From IMG/VR virus record IMGVR_UViG_3300043036_000338: a DNA stretch of 64,000 nucleotides; one strand, written 5' to 3'. A program made the position numbers and the translations under genes. A model generated the notes under the pieces. The model was not told where the DNA came from and made no database searches. It saw only the letters and a list, made by a program, of their open reading frames with translations. Of the stretch, positions 1-9,959 are shown one piece after another; the first letter of the stretch is position 1; the number at the start of each line of letters is the position of its first letter. This stretch comes from a virus. Its lineage: Duplodnaviria > Heunggongvirae > Uroviricota > Caudoviricetes.

Positions 1-528
1 GTCAATAAATTGATAAGCACCTGAAGCTGTAGATCCTATAGCATTACCGTTTGCATCTCTCTCGACATATCTTGTTCCACCATTTTCAGCTGTGTAATCA
101 CCGCCTGATTCTCGAGCTTTAATTGTTCTAAGAACACCTTCTGCAGTACCTGAAACATATGCTGGTGTTGCATTATTCTGGGATTGATCATTAGCACTCA
201 TATCACCAACAGAGCCAGTAGGTTCTAATGTAGGAATCCCAAACTTTGGTGTTGGTATTACCCCAAAGATAAGTGGTTGTTGAGCATCACGTCCATCAAG
301 AAAAGCACCAAATACCAATTCACCAATGGCAAGTTTTGCAGAAACACTTACGTTATTAACAAGAACTGTTGCCCATGGTAAATCATCTGCACTAACAGTG
401 CCTTCTGCAATAGTAGGATGGAACCCAAAAGCTCTTACTTTTACACGGCCTTCGTGTTTAGGATCATTAATGCGCTGCACAATTCCCATAAACCAAGTAA
501 GGTTATTTAAGCCCTCATATAATATCAT
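1..528 (-). CDS. 5: baseplate hub/cell-puncturing spike gp5-like, N-terminal part (gene continues beyond window start)
   Basis: manual translation MILYEGLNNLTWFMGIVQRINDPKHEGRVKVRAFGFHPT...DLPWATVL matches T4 gp5 OB-fold N-terminus; ATGA overlap with upstream gene stop. Confidence 0.55.
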   Translation of the reverse strand, partial: MILYEGLNNLTWFMGIVQRINDPKHEGRVKVRAFGFHPTIAEGTVSADDLPWATVLVNNVSVSAKLAIGELVFGAFLDGRDAQQPLIFGVIPTPKFGIPTLEPTGSVGDMSANDQSQNNATPAYVSGTAEGVLRTIKARESGGDYTAENGGTRYVERDANGNAIGSTASGAYQFID

Positions 529-1862
529 GCTGTTCCAATTCCATATCGTGATAATGTAAGTTTCTGTTTATATTCTTTATTTAGAAATTCATTTCGTATT
601 TCATTCACCAAATAATAACCACTGCGTTCAACATCTATGTTTTTTGTATTACCTGAATTGGCTTTTGCTCTCAATGGTAACTGAAGATTGATTACTGATC
701 CAGCAACAATATCATTATGCCCATGAATTTCAACTTCAATGGTGTTTTGATCATATTGGTAAAAATATGAACCTTTCTTATTATATAGGTCAGAATAATT
801 AGCATCAAGTCTGACTGCAGGTCCTGAAACATCTGCAGGTGCTGTATAATCTTTTAAAACAAATCGAGTATACTTATCTGATATGACTTCATCAATAAAT
901 TGTTTGCTGTGCGGTAACTTTATTTTATTATCTGAAAAGTCATCTAAAATACTATATGGTGTTTGAGGAATTAAAATAGTCCCATTTAAAATATCAATTG
1001 CATATACGTTGCGTTTGTAAGCACCTTTGTTAATATCATTTATCGTATTTACTTTTTCACCAAAATTGATGTCACGAATATTAAACATCAGCGTATATTG
1101 TGAATTAGCATCCATGTTTGGTAGATAGTTGTAATAGAAATTCTTTACTTCACCATCTTGCAATACACTTGGTGGTCGCATTTCAGTTTCAGAAACTTTT
1201 GTTCCATAGCGTTTAATAACATACTCATTTGTTCCAAAAAAGTAACTATCTCTGTTTTCAAAGAAGCGATAAGACTGTGTATTTGAATCTGATTTATAAG
1301 CATAACGAGCAAAAAACAAAAACGTTTCAACAGGAGTAAGATTTGGAATGACAAGATTCTGAATGCCATCAGTTTCTTCAACATCTAATTCCTTTGGTTT
1401 TAAACGCTGTTGATCCATTGCTGCTTTAAATGTAGCATCAAAATGTAGTTTTACATAATCACTTATTTTCTGATTCTTAAATGCTTTCATGACTCTAAAG
1501 CTATCAGTAAGAACTCTAGGTGTTGATACAAAGTTTAATGTGTACTGAATTAATGTTTGGTTATTAGGATCTGAATATTTAATATCAGATACTGAAAAGA
1601 CCATAAACACATCAGTTCTTACTTTACCAAAAAAGTCTTTATATATGAACTCAATATATTCTTCACCTATGACTGGCAATCTTGATAAAATATCATCACT
1701 GTCAAAGAGTGTAGTTGTACCAGTCATAAATGGTGCTGACATTGATTCTGTGATAGTAAAACCAGACATTAAAGCAGACACTTCTATCTTGCTCTGTCTT
1801 GTATAGTCACTGAGATAAACACTCACAAGTTCGTATTGTCCAGCTTGAGTCAGACTAGGCAT
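525..1862 (-). CDS. baseplate hub subunit, gp27-like (tentative)
   Basis: 445 aa directly upstream of gp5 in same operon; weak N-terminal resemblance to T4 gp27. Confidence 0.35.
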   Translation of the reverse strand: MPSLTQAGQYELVSVYLSDYTRQSKIEVSALMSGFTITESMSAPFMTGTTTLFDSDDILSRLPVIGEEYIEFIYKDFFGKVRTDVFMVFSVSDIKYSDPNNQTLIQYTLNFVSTPRVLTDSFRVMKAFKNQKISDYVKLHFDATFKAAMDQQRLKPKELDVEETDGIQNLVIPNLTPVETFLFFARYAYKSDSNTQSYRFFENRDSYFFGTNEYVIKRYGTKVSETEMRPPSVLQDGEVKNFYYNYLPNMDANSQYTLMFNIRDINFGEKVNTINDINKGAYKRNVYAIDILNGTILIPQTPYSILDDFSDNKIKLPHSKQFIDEVISDKYTRFVLKDYTAPADVSGPAVRLDANYSDLYNKKGSYFYQYDQNTIEVEIHGHNDIVAGSVINLQLPLRAKANSGNTKNIDVERSGYYLVNEIRNEFLNKEYKQKLTLSRYGIGTA

Positions 1863-2433
1863 TCAACAATCCCTTTAATTCTGATTCGGCTTGCGACGCA
1901 TATGCTCTATTAAATAAGAATATGTTTCTTTTATTCTCATTCAGTTCAAGTTCATAATCATAAATTCGTACTGGGTACCAATCACCTGCAGTGATCAATC
2001 CTAAATCTGCATTTAACAGATAAGTATCCTTACTGATTCTATTGTTCTCGGCATTCTGATACCATAGAATATTGCTGGTAAGTGATGCATTCTGTGTCCA
2101 ATTAATAACACCATTTCCAACATATGCTGGATTTACTGCTTGTGCTTGTTCAGTATATTTCTTTATAATCATTTTTTCAAAGTCACTATTTGATAATGGC
2201 CATTGAGAAACAGGGTCAATGATATTATTGGCCATGAATACAAGCCAAGTTTTACCCATATCATCATAATAATATAGAGCAATGTCTTCTGGCTTCTCAC
2301 CATCTTTAATTGAATATGAAAGGAATGAAATAGGTGAACTATATAATTGTTGCTGAATAGCAGTTCGGCGAGTAATATTTACTACCGATTTGCCGTTGTA
2401 TGTTACTGTTGGGAAAAATTTAAAGTAGTTCAT
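1855..2433 (-). CDS. 53: baseplate wedge protein gp53-like
   Basis: EDIALYYYDDMGKTWLVFMANNIIDPVSQWPLSNSDFEKMIIKKY aligns with T4 gp53 EELANAIYGNPQLYWVLLMCNDNYDPYYGWITSQEAAYQASIQKY. Confidence 0.55.
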   Translation of the reverse strand: MNYFKFFPTVTYNGKSVVNITRRTAIQQQLYSSPISFLSYSIKDGEKPEDIALYYYDDMGKTWLVFMANNIIDPVSQWPLSNSDFEKMIIKKYTEQAQAVNPAYVGNGVINWTQNASLTSNILWYQNAENNRISKDTYLLNADLGLITAGDWYPVRIYDYELELNENKRNIFLFNRAYASQAESELKGLLNA

Positions 2434-3440
2434 CTTGGCTGTCTCCCGCTATTAGTTCCTGGTGCACCGGTTAGTATGTCTTGTCTAAATTGATTCGGAT
2501 TCGAAATAGGTTCATCAAGAGGTATAATGGTATCAGCACCACCGCCGTAATCATCACTTGTATGAATTTGCACCTCAGTCATCTCTAATGATAATTCCAC
2601 AACAACAGGCTTACCACCTTTAAAAACGTTTAATTGTTCACCTCCATTATATCGTACATCAAACCCAGTGATCATACATGGTTTTAATTTATAATAATAA
2701 TCCTGATTAATACCAAGAAATGTAACCATAACAAGTTTTGGGTATTTAAGAAGTGCATGTGTTAAAGCAGCAGGACCTGCGGCACCAACATATGCCGGTA
2801 ACATATTTTTCTTAATTTCCTTAATAACATCTCTTAAAGCATCTGAATCTTTTTGACTTGACGGTGATAATCTCCAGTTAAAAGAATGGGATTTAAGTTT
2901 TACGCCTTTGAATTCCATTGTTTCAAATGAGTTAATAGCCTTACCCAAGAGAAGAGAACCTGTAGTTCCTGCTACTTGATTAGATACAACTGCAGTTCCA
3001 CCTAAAAATGTTGTAAGGGCTGCAGCTATTGGACCTTTAAGTTGAGAAGTCGCGGCAGCTGCGGATCCTGCCACATTTTTCATTAAATCAGCATAAAATC
3101 TAGCATTTGATTCAAAATCTTCACCGCCTTGATATGAACCAAAATCAGCTGCTGTACTTGTAATTGCTGCTATATTACCAGATACTGAACTTGCTTCAAT
3201 ACCTACAGAATCTCTTAATTGTAATGGTAATGGAAGAACAATAGAACCTTTTGAAATTTCATTTGCAAAATTTTCAGTGCCAAGTCCAATGTTTTCACTA
3301 TATATATATTCCTTGAAATTCATAAGCATAACATATGGAATAGCTTCTGATGCTGGGAATCTAAGATTATCAATTGCAGTAGTACTATTTCTTCGCGCTG
3401 CAGCTATTACATAGTTTGGATTTTCTACAAAATTGGGCAT
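2430..3440 (-). CDS. 48: baseplate tail-tube cap gp48-like
   Basis: IKKNMLPAYV...LKYPKLVMVTF matches T4 gp48 LKKGMLPRYV...LKYPHFFNLEL; LPLPLQL motif. Confidence 0.55.
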   Translation of the reverse strand: MPNFVENPNYVIAAARRNSTTAIDNLRFPASEAIPYVMLMNFKEYIYSENIGLGTENFANEISKGSIVLPLPLQLRDSVGIEASSVSGNIAAITSTAADFGSYQGGEDFESNARFYADLMKNVAGSAAAATSQLKGPIAAALTTFLGGTAVVSNQVAGTTGSLLLGKAINSFETMEFKGVKLKSHSFNWRLSPSSQKDSDALRDVIKEIKKNMLPAYVGAAGPAALTHALLKYPKLVMVTFLGINQDYYYKLKPCMITGFDVRYNGGEQLNVFKGGKPVVVELSLEMTEVQIHTSDDYGGGADTIIPLDEPISNPNQFRQDILTGAPGTNSGRQPR

Positions 3441-3491
3441 AGTATTCCTTTATAAATACATATAAGCTTTAACATATTTATATGGTTTTTC

Positions 3492-3950
3492 ATGGCAGCG
3501 TATCAAGGCAAATTTAAACCGAAGAATCCTTCTAAGTATAAGGGTGATCCTACAAATATTATTTATAGATCATCGTGGGAACTTAAGTTAATGGCATATT
3601 TGGATTCTCATCCGAATGTTATTAAATGGGGCTCGGAAGAGATTGTGATACCATATGAAAGTCCAGTTGACGGAAGAATGCATAGATACTTTCCAGACTT
3701 TTTTGTAGAGCAAATAAATAGAGATGGTAAAAAAGAAAAGATACTAATTGAAGTGAAACCAAAAGCACAGACAATAGCACCGAATCCAAGTACAAAGTTA
3801 ACACCCAAGGGAATGTTGAATAAAAAATATATCAATGAAGTTATGACTTACGGCGTGAATATGGCAAAGTGGAAGGCCGCTGAGGAAGTCTGCAAGGATC
3901 GTGGCTGGATTTTTCGAATTATGACGGAAATAGAACTAGGAATCAAGTAA
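3492..3950 (+). CDS. 4: head completion protein gp4-like
   Basis: KYKGDPTNIIYRSSWELKLMAYLD...WGSEEIVIPY conserved gp4 motifs; 152 aa. Confidence 0.65.
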   Translation: MAAYQGKFKPKNPSKYKGDPTNIIYRSSWELKLMAYLDSHPNVIKWGSEEIVIPYESPVDGRMHRYFPDFFVEQINRDGKKEKILIEVKPKAQTIAPNPSTKLTPKGMLNKKYINEVMTYGVNMAKWKAAEEVCKDRGWIFRIMTEIELGIK

Positions 3951-4549
3951 TGGCAATACTATTCGATACTATATTATCAAAGGGTATTCGAGAAGGAAAC
4001 ATTCCTGCTCGTACTCAAGAAGCACGTGATTGGTATCGTAACACCGCTCAACAGCAAGGCAAGATCAACGAAACATCACTGCTTAAAGGTAGTGATGCAA
4101 CTCGTTTTACTAGTTCTCCTAGAATTGGTCAGATGTATATGTTTACCTATAACCCAAAGCACAAGGATACTTTGCCATATTGGGATAGATTTCCTCTTGT
4201 ATTTCCATTCAGAAAAGTTCCAGGTGGATTTCTTGGTATGAATATGCACTATCTTCCATTGCCTTACAGAGCTAAGTTAATGGATGGCCTTTATTCCATT
4301 ACAAACAATACACTGTACAATGATACAACAAAGTTAAAGTTGAATTATGATTTATTAAATGGTGCTGCGCAATTTAAATACTTTAAACCAACAGTAAAGC
4401 ATTATTTAAGCGATCATCTGACAAGTAAATTCTTATACATATTTCCTGCAGAGTGGGACGTAGCACTTTTTCTTCCCTTATCAAGATTCCAAAAAGCGGC
4501 GAATCAAAAAGTTTGGGCAGATTCAGTCAAAATTATCAGAGGTCGTTAA
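3950..4549 (+). CDS. 2: DNA end protector gp2-like
   Basis: GQMYMFTYNPKHKDTLPYWDRFPLVF motif typical of gp2; ATGA overlap with gp4. Confidence 0.5.
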   Translation: MAILFDTILSKGIREGNIPARTQEARDWYRNTAQQQGKINETSLLKGSDATRFTSSPRIGQMYMFTYNPKHKDTLPYWDRFPLVFPFRKVPGGFLGMNMHYLPLPYRAKLMDGLYSITNNTLYNDTTKLKLNYDLLNGAAQFKYFKPTVKHYLSDHLTSKFLYIFPAEWDVALFLPLSRFQKAANQKVWADSVKIIRGR

Positions 4550-4550
4550 C

Positions 4551-5246
4551 ATGGTATTTAAATTATCAGAATTCAAAAGTTCACTCAATAGCTATGGAGT
4601 TGCTAAGACAAACACATATGAAGTAACAATTACGCCACCTCCTTTTGTACAAACATTTGCAAATATTAGTACTGAGGATTTAAGACAGTTATCACTTCGT
4701 TGTTCTTCTGTTCAGTTGCCAGAACTTGATCTCTTAACAATACCATATTATTCAAGAGTAACTGGTGTTGCAGAGAATCGTGTCATTGGTGCAAATCAGT
4801 TCAAAATAATTCCCATGGAATTTATTGTTGATGCAGATATGAAAAGTGCTAACTTTTTTCAAAGTTGGTTACAATTTATTGTTAACTATTACTCATCAGG
4901 AAGTCCCTTTAATTCAATTAATGATGCTGATCAATTACCATATGAAGTATCATATATTAATGAATATGCAGCAACCATTGATATTGACGTTTATCCTGGT
5001 GGTATGCAAGGTAATCCAGGTGAAGATGGTACCAATACTACTAAAATGCAGAAGTATAAATTAATTAAAGCATTCCCTGTGAACATGGGAAATATTTCGT
5101 TGAATTGGAATAATACTGATGCTACATCGACTATGATTCTTCCAATTGGTTTTACATACAGTGCAATTGAAGTTCCAAAAATAAATCGTGGAAAAAATCT
5201 AGATCCAATTTCTGCTAATGGTGCTGCACTTAGTGGCACTTTTTAA
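4551..5246 (+). CDS. virion structural protein (tail completion/tube-associated, gp3- or gp19-fold-like?)
   Basis: 231 aa in structural operon; N-terminus loosely like tube-family proteins. Confidence 0.3.
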   Translation: MVFKLSEFKSSLNSYGVAKTNTYEVTITPPPFVQTFANISTEDLRQLSLRCSSVQLPELDLLTIPYYSRVTGVAENRVIGANQFKIIPMEFIVDADMKSANFFQSWLQFIVNYYSSGSPFNSINDADQLPYEVSYINEYAATIDIDVYPGGMQGNPGEDGTNTTKMQKYKLIKAFPVNMGNISLNWNNTDATSTMILPIGFTYSAIEVPKINRGKNLDPISANGAALSGTF

Positions 5247-5271
5247 ACTTATAATATAGAAAGATTTTAAA

Positions 5272-5946
5272 ATGAGTTTACCAAAAATTGAACTACCACT
5301 ATTTGAATTGACAGTTCCATCAAGTGGTAAAAAAGTAAAATATAGACCGTATAATGTACGTGAAGAAAAGATCTTATTAGTAGCACAAGAGAGTGATGAT
5401 ATAGACCAAACAATATTGGCTATTAAGCAGATCATTACAAACTGTGTGTATGATCTTGATGTAAATGAAATTCCAATGTTTGATCTTGAATATATTATGT
5501 TAAATATTCGAGCAAAATCTGTTAATAATGAAATTGAATTTAATATCATTGATAATGAAACTGATGAAACAGTTACTTTGAAACTTGATATTAATAATAT
5601 AAAACTTATTCAGAATGAAAAGCATAGTAAAAAGATTGATCTTGATAATCATTATACTTTAATTATGAAATACCCTACAATTGATAAGATTAATAGTGGT
5701 GAAGATCTTGTTATTAATTGTATTGATGTTCTTGTCAGTAATGACGGCGAAAAGGTTTATAAGTTATCTGAATATACTAAAGAAGAAATTGAAAAATTTA
5801 TTGAAGAATTAAATCCAAAGAATATTGATTCAATCAAAGATTTTTTCAAAACAATACCAGTACTTAAAGTTGAAATACCATATAAAGATAAAACTGGTGT
5901 TGATAAAACTTTTGTATTGGAGGGATTGAGTAATTTTTTTACTTAA
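5272..5946 (+). CDS. putative baseplate hub subunit (gp26-like?)
   Basis: 224 aa, position in hub/baseplate operon; motif PLFELTVPSSGKKVKYRPYNVREEKILL. Confidence 0.25.
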   Translation: MSLPKIELPLFELTVPSSGKKVKYRPYNVREEKILLVAQESDDIDQTILAIKQIITNCVYDLDVNEIPMFDLEYIMLNIRAKSVNNEIEFNIIDNETDETVTLKLDINNIKLIQNEKHSKKIDLDNHYTLIMKYPTIDKINSGEDLVINCIDVLVSNDGEKVYKLSEYTKEEIEKFIEELNPKNIDSIKDFFKTIPVLKVEIPYKDKTGVDKTFVLEGLSNFFT

Positions 5947-6101
5947 TGGTGAGTCATACTTCTTTGATTCACCTATATACAAATATTTTTAAATTGGTAA
6001 CCATTCATAGATATGCATTAAGTGATATTGAAAACATGATACCATATGAATTAGAATTGTACATACATATGTTAACAGACCACATAGAGAAAGATAACTA
6101 A

Positions 6102-7496
6102 ATGGTAGAAGTAACCAGCAAACCAACTGATATATCTAAGATTCAAGATATTATGAATGCAATTAGTTCAAATGGTGGTTCAGATAAAACTGGGCTTATG
6201 GTAGATTATGCTGCTGGTTCAAAACTTGAAAGTGGTATCAATGAACTTAAAATGATTGGCAAAGAACAAGCTGTTTATCTTAAAAAAATGGTTGGTTATC
6301 AAGAAGCAATGCTTGGAAAGGCCAGAAGAGAAGATGTATCTAGTGCTGCAACGCCATCAAAAAAAGGTAAAAAAGATAATGATGAAGAAGAAAGTAAATC
6401 TGCTAGTTTAGGTTCGGTATTAGCAGCTGCTGGATCAGCAGGACTTATGTCATTACTTGGACCTTTAGGATTACAAGCTGCAGCAGGAATGTTACTTAGA
6501 GGTGGAGGTGGCGCTGACAAATTAAAGGGAGCACCTGGAAATGACCGACTGAATGTTAATGACACAAAACCAAAAACATCGACAAAATACTTAACTGTAG
6601 ATGAGCGTCTTGCAGCAATTGCCGAAGATAAGCGTCTTGCCACACTTGCTGAGCAAGCATCATCCAAACCAAAAACATCAACAAAATACTTAACTGTAGA
6701 TGAGCGTCTTGCAGCATTTGCTAAAGATAAACTTCTTGCATCAATTGATGATCTGAATACAGTGCCAAAACCAAAACTATCTACAAAATACTTAACTGTA
6801 GATGAGCATCTTGCAGCGCTCGGTGATAAAAAACCAACACTCAAACCAATGCCACCAATGAATGCTGGGTTAGAACCATTCAAATTAACACAAGATATGC
6901 GTGTTACCACTGAAGCCGCACCTAAAATATATCCTAAAATATCAGATGCACCAACAAAAGGTATAGTTAAGCCACCAAAAATGTCCAAAGTACCTGGCGC
7001 ACTTGGAGCATTATTATCAGGTGGTATGGGTTATTTTGATCAAGAATTAAAAGATGCCGGACTTGATGCCACACAAAGAATTCGTCAAGGTCTTCTTGAA
7101 TCTATTCCTGGCGCAATTGATATGTTTGTTCAAGGTTTAATCACAGATCCACTTAATAGCATAACAGGAAGAGGATTTGCCGCTGAGGAAGATAAGTTTA
7201 ATCTTGATATTACACCGGCATTTCGTAAATATATGTTGGCATCAATTGATGAAACGCCTAATAAAACAATAGCTGCAGCTCCAAATAGAATGACAGCATT
7301 TAAAACGGCTATGGCACCAACAACAGTACCTGATAAAACCCTTGCACAACCACAAGCAGCACCTATTATTATTGCACCGCCTGCAGCACCAGCATCATCT
7401 GTAGTGAACTCTAATAACCAACAGACCACCATTGTAAATCAAACAAAAAATGTGTCTGCATCGTTATACACACAGATGCTTGGTGGTAATCGGTAA
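6102..7496 (+). CDS. repeat-containing structural protein (possible tape-measure/hub gp29-like)
   Basis: 464 aa; Ala/Gly-rich hydrophobic segment; three tandem KPKTSTKYLTVDERLAA repeats. Confidence 0.3.
   Translation: MVEVTSKPTDISKIQDIMNAISSNGGSDKTGLMVDYAAGSKLESGINELKMIGKEQAVYLKKMVGYQEAMLGKARREDVSSAATPSKKGKKDNDEEESKSASLGSVLAAAGSAGLMSLLGPLGLQAAAGMLLRGGGGADKLKGAPGNDRLNVNDTKPKTSTKYLTVDERLAAIAEDKRLATLAEQASSKPKTSTKYLTVDERLAAFAKDKLLASIDDLNTVPKPKLSTKYLTVDEHLAALGDKKPTLKPMPPMNAGLEPFKLTQDMRVTTEAAPKIYPKISDAPTKGIVKPPKMSKVPGALGALLSGGMGYFDQELKDAGLDATQRIRQGLLESIPGAIDMFVQGLITDPLNSITGRGFAAEEDKFNLDITPAFRKYMLASIDETPNKTIAAAPNRMTAFKTAMAPTTVPDKTLAQPQAAPIIIAPPAAPASSVVNSNNQQTTIVNQTKNVSASLYTQMLGGNR
6567..6836 (+). 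repeat. three tandem ~100-bp in-frame repeats inside CDS 6102..7496
   Basis: aaaccaaaaacatcgacaaaatacttaactgtagatgagcgtcttgcagca... repeated 3x with substitutions. Confidence 0.7.
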
Positions 7497-7554
7497 CAAA
7501 AAGGGGATGCATTTCTGCACCCCCTCATATTTCATAATATAGTCACATTACTGA

Positions 7555-8469
7555 TTAGTCATCAGCAAGGTTCTTGAAGAATGATAGACTGTCGTCATCA
7601 TCCTCATCAATAGAAGGCGATGAAGCTTCACTCATAGCAGGAGCAGAACGTTCCTTAAACTTAGGAGTGTAGTCCATCACCTCATCATCGTCCTCAGCAG
7701 CAGTGGATGTGGGTGCACGTTTGCTACCGTCAAGACCAAGTGTGCTATACAATTTGGTCTTGAGTTCTTCATATGATTTGAAGTTTTTAGGATCGACAAT
7801 ATCCTTTAGAGAATTTTCTGATTTCCAGATTTCCTCTAGGCGATCATCATCTTCCAACAAAGGACCTGCTGGGGCAAAATCTGATTTGTCATAGTTCTGA
7901 TAACCTTCATACTTACGAATTTTAAGTTGAAAGTTAGCACCTTTCCATAGATCGAAAGGGTTAACCTTTGCTTCACCTTCAAATTGTGGATTCATAAGGT
8001 CATTGAGTTTTTCAAAGATTTTCTTACCAAACTTGTATAGGAAAACTTTGCCTTCATTAGAAGGATTTGCTGGATCACGTACGATATAGACGTTTGCAAT
8101 ATATGACTCACGACGCTTTTGTTTACGAACAATCTCTTTGTTTGCTTCAATACCTGTTGCCCAAAGTTCTGAGTTATGTTCAGAAACTGGATCAGGCATT
8201 CCAAGAGTTGTAAGTGATTTCTCAATATACCATTTACCAGTTGGTCCCTGGAATCCATGATCCCATAGGCGCACAAATGGCATTTCTTCATTTACTGGAG
8301 GAGGGAGGAAACGAAGGACGGCAAAACCATTGCCAGCCTTATCAACGATTGGTTTCCAATATTTATCTTCGTCATTAGAATAGTTCGGCTTGCCCATTGA
8401 TTTCAATTGATTGTTCAATTTATCAAATGACGATGAACTGTTTTTCTTAAGGTCTGCGAAATTAACCAT
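7555..8469 (-). CDS. 32: single-stranded DNA-binding protein gp32
   Basis: GNGFAVLRFLP, EGKVFLYKFGKKIFEKLN, WKGANFQLKIRKYEGYQNYDKSDF match T4 gp32; acidic C-terminus. Confidence 0.85.
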   Translation of the reverse strand: MVNFADLKKNSSSSFDKLNNQLKSMGKPNYSNDEDKYWKPIVDKAGNGFAVLRFLPPPVNEEMPFVRLWDHGFQGPTGKWYIEKSLTTLGMPDPVSEHNSELWATGIEANKEIVRKQKRRESYIANVYIVRDPANPSNEGKVFLYKFGKKIFEKLNDLMNPQFEGEAKVNPFDLWKGANFQLKIRKYEGYQNYDKSDFAPAGPLLEDDDRLEEIWKSENSLKDIVDPKNFKSYEELKTKLYSTLGLDGSKRAPTSTAAEDDDEVMDYTPKFKERSAPAMSEASSPSIDEDDDDSLSFFKNLADD

Positions 8470-8490
8470 GTTTAGTATCCTTTATGCGAT

Positions 8491-9081
8491 TTATTTGCGA
8501 AATGTTGCGATTATAGTAGTTTTAATTTTTGCCTTATCGAATGATAAGAATGGTCTATATTTGACACATGTTCTCTTTATATCAGGCCATATTATTTTGT
8601 CAACCAATTTCTTATCCCAATAATCAAAAATATTTATCACGTCGTTTATCATAATCAAGGTTTCAGAATGTATTTGTTTTGTCAAGTACATTCGGATCAG
8701 TGGTGGATGTTGACCGTCCTTTGTAAGAACATTGGAATCAAAATCTCCATCCATGTTATTTATATCAGATTGGAAAGTATACATCAGTGATTGCTGAACT
8801 TTTTTCCAATCATTGTAGATAGTTTCACCATTACCATTACCAAGATCACCTATCCATAATTTAGGATTATGAATGATATTTGCTAAAAGATAACTTTGAG
8901 AATCAGATCGTTTTGATAGTTTATAGAAAAAGAACTTGTCTTTTCTATTCTCAAAGGCATCTTGTGATGCTCTCACTTTACCATTGTATTTGAAAAAATC
9001 ATAATCAGTGGTAAAGTGTTTCTTTAAAGCCAAATAGTACACATACAGATCATATGCAGCTTTTGTTGAATATATACTCAT
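8491..9081 (-). CDS. 59: helicase loader gp59-like
   Basis: YDLYVYYLALKKHFTTDYDFFKYNGKVRASQDAFENRKDKFFFYKLSKR aligns to T4 gp59 N-terminus; adjacent to gene 32 as in T4. Confidence 0.65.
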   Translation of the reverse strand: MSIYSTKAAYDLYVYYLALKKHFTTDYDFFKYNGKVRASQDAFENRKDKFFFYKLSKRSDSQSYLLANIIHNPKLWIGDLGNGNGETIYNDWKKVQQSLMYTFQSDINNMDGDFDSNVLTKDGQHPPLIRMYLTKQIHSETLIMINDVINIFDYWDKKLVDKIIWPDIKRTCVKYRPFLSFDKAKIKTTIIATFRK

Positions 9082-9299
9082 ACTGGAAGTTGTGCCGTTT
9101 TTTCTTCTAATAAGTTAAGACGTTCTGCATCATTACGAACTTTTGCTTTTAATACAACAGAACGTCTTACAATTTCACCAATCAATTCAATTTCAATATC
9201 ATGTTTTTCAGAGAAATGTACTAAAGCATCAATAAGACTGACTTCATTATTTGTATATTGTTCTACTTCTTTTAGGATCATTTCAGCTGAAAGTGTCAT
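9078..9299 (-). CDS. hypothetical protein
   Basis: ORF 73 aa, operon with gp59. Confidence 0.35.
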   Translation of the reverse strand: MTLSAEMILKEVEQYTNNEVSLIDALVHFSEKHDIEIELIGEIVRRSVVLKAKVRNDAERLNLLEEKTAQLPV

Positions 9300-9300
9300 A

Positions 9301-9498
9301 TTATTCCTTCAATACTTGAATCTGTGATGCCCATGTTTCGGCAATGTTTTGTGCCGTTTGTTCATTGACAAAGTTTTCAGATCTGAATAACTGACCACTA
9401 TTATTGTAGTAATGAACCTCATATAGACCATTATTTTTAATCACTTCAGCTCGGGCCTTTGAAGTCTGTTCATTAAAGTATGTTGAAATTAATTCCAT
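9301..9498 (-). CDS. hypothetical protein
   Basis: ORF 65 aa. Confidence 0.35.
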   Translation of the reverse strand: MELISTYFNEQTSKARAEVIKNNGLYEVHYYNNSGQLFRSENFVNEQTAQNIAETWASQIQVLKE

Positions 9499-9561
9499 GT
9501 TTATCCTTTCATAGTCTATAGTTTAATATACACCAACTATAAGATATGTCAATCTAATAAT

Positions 9562-9597
9562 AAAATGTGGAGAGATTAAGTTCTCTCCACATTTTTA
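9562..9597. terminator. rho-independent terminator (bidirectional hairpin)
   Basis: tgtggagaga-ttaagt-tctctccaca perfect 10-bp stem followed by ttttt; A-run on other side. Confidence 0.6.
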
Positions 9598-9601
9598 AGT
9601 A

Positions 9602-9949
9602 TTAGAAACTAACAGTGGCGCCAATAACTACATCACCGAAGTTAAAATTCTCATCTGTAGATACATTTGCATACAAATTAAAACTGTCGTTCAAATCATA
9701 CGAAGCTTCAAGATCAAGACCGACAAAATATACATCAGCCAAATCAATATCGGTACCGATTGTCAAGTCGACAGAAGCAAGACTGTAATACAATGCTGGA
9801 GTTGCAGTCAATGCAATATCACCACCAGCGGTCAAATTGTATTCTGCATTGATGTCGGCGCCAACAGAGAAGCCATAGCCAAGGTCAGCAGCCATTGCAG
9901 AAACAGCGGTCATTGCAAGGATGGTAGTTGCAAGAAGAATCTTTTTCAT
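9602..9949 (-). CDS. small secreted/beta-rich protein with signal peptide
   Basis: MKKILLATTILAMTAVSAMA signal peptide; 115 aa. Confidence 0.45.
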   Translation of the reverse strand: MKKILLATTILAMTAVSAMAADLGYGFSVGADINAEYNLTAGGDIALTATPALYYSLASVDLTIGTDIDLADVYFVGLDLEASYDLNDSFNLYANVSTDENFNFGDVVIGATVSF

Positions 9950-9959
9950 AGTATTTCCT

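Noticed and set aside
326-559. plus-strand ORF (77 aa)
   Set aside because: lies antisense within the gp5 N-terminal coding region; no RBS; shadow ORF
6299-6988. minus-strand ORF (229 aa) inside the repeat-protein gene
   Set aside because: antisense shadow of the Ala/Gly-rich repeat gene; repetitive low-complexity translation
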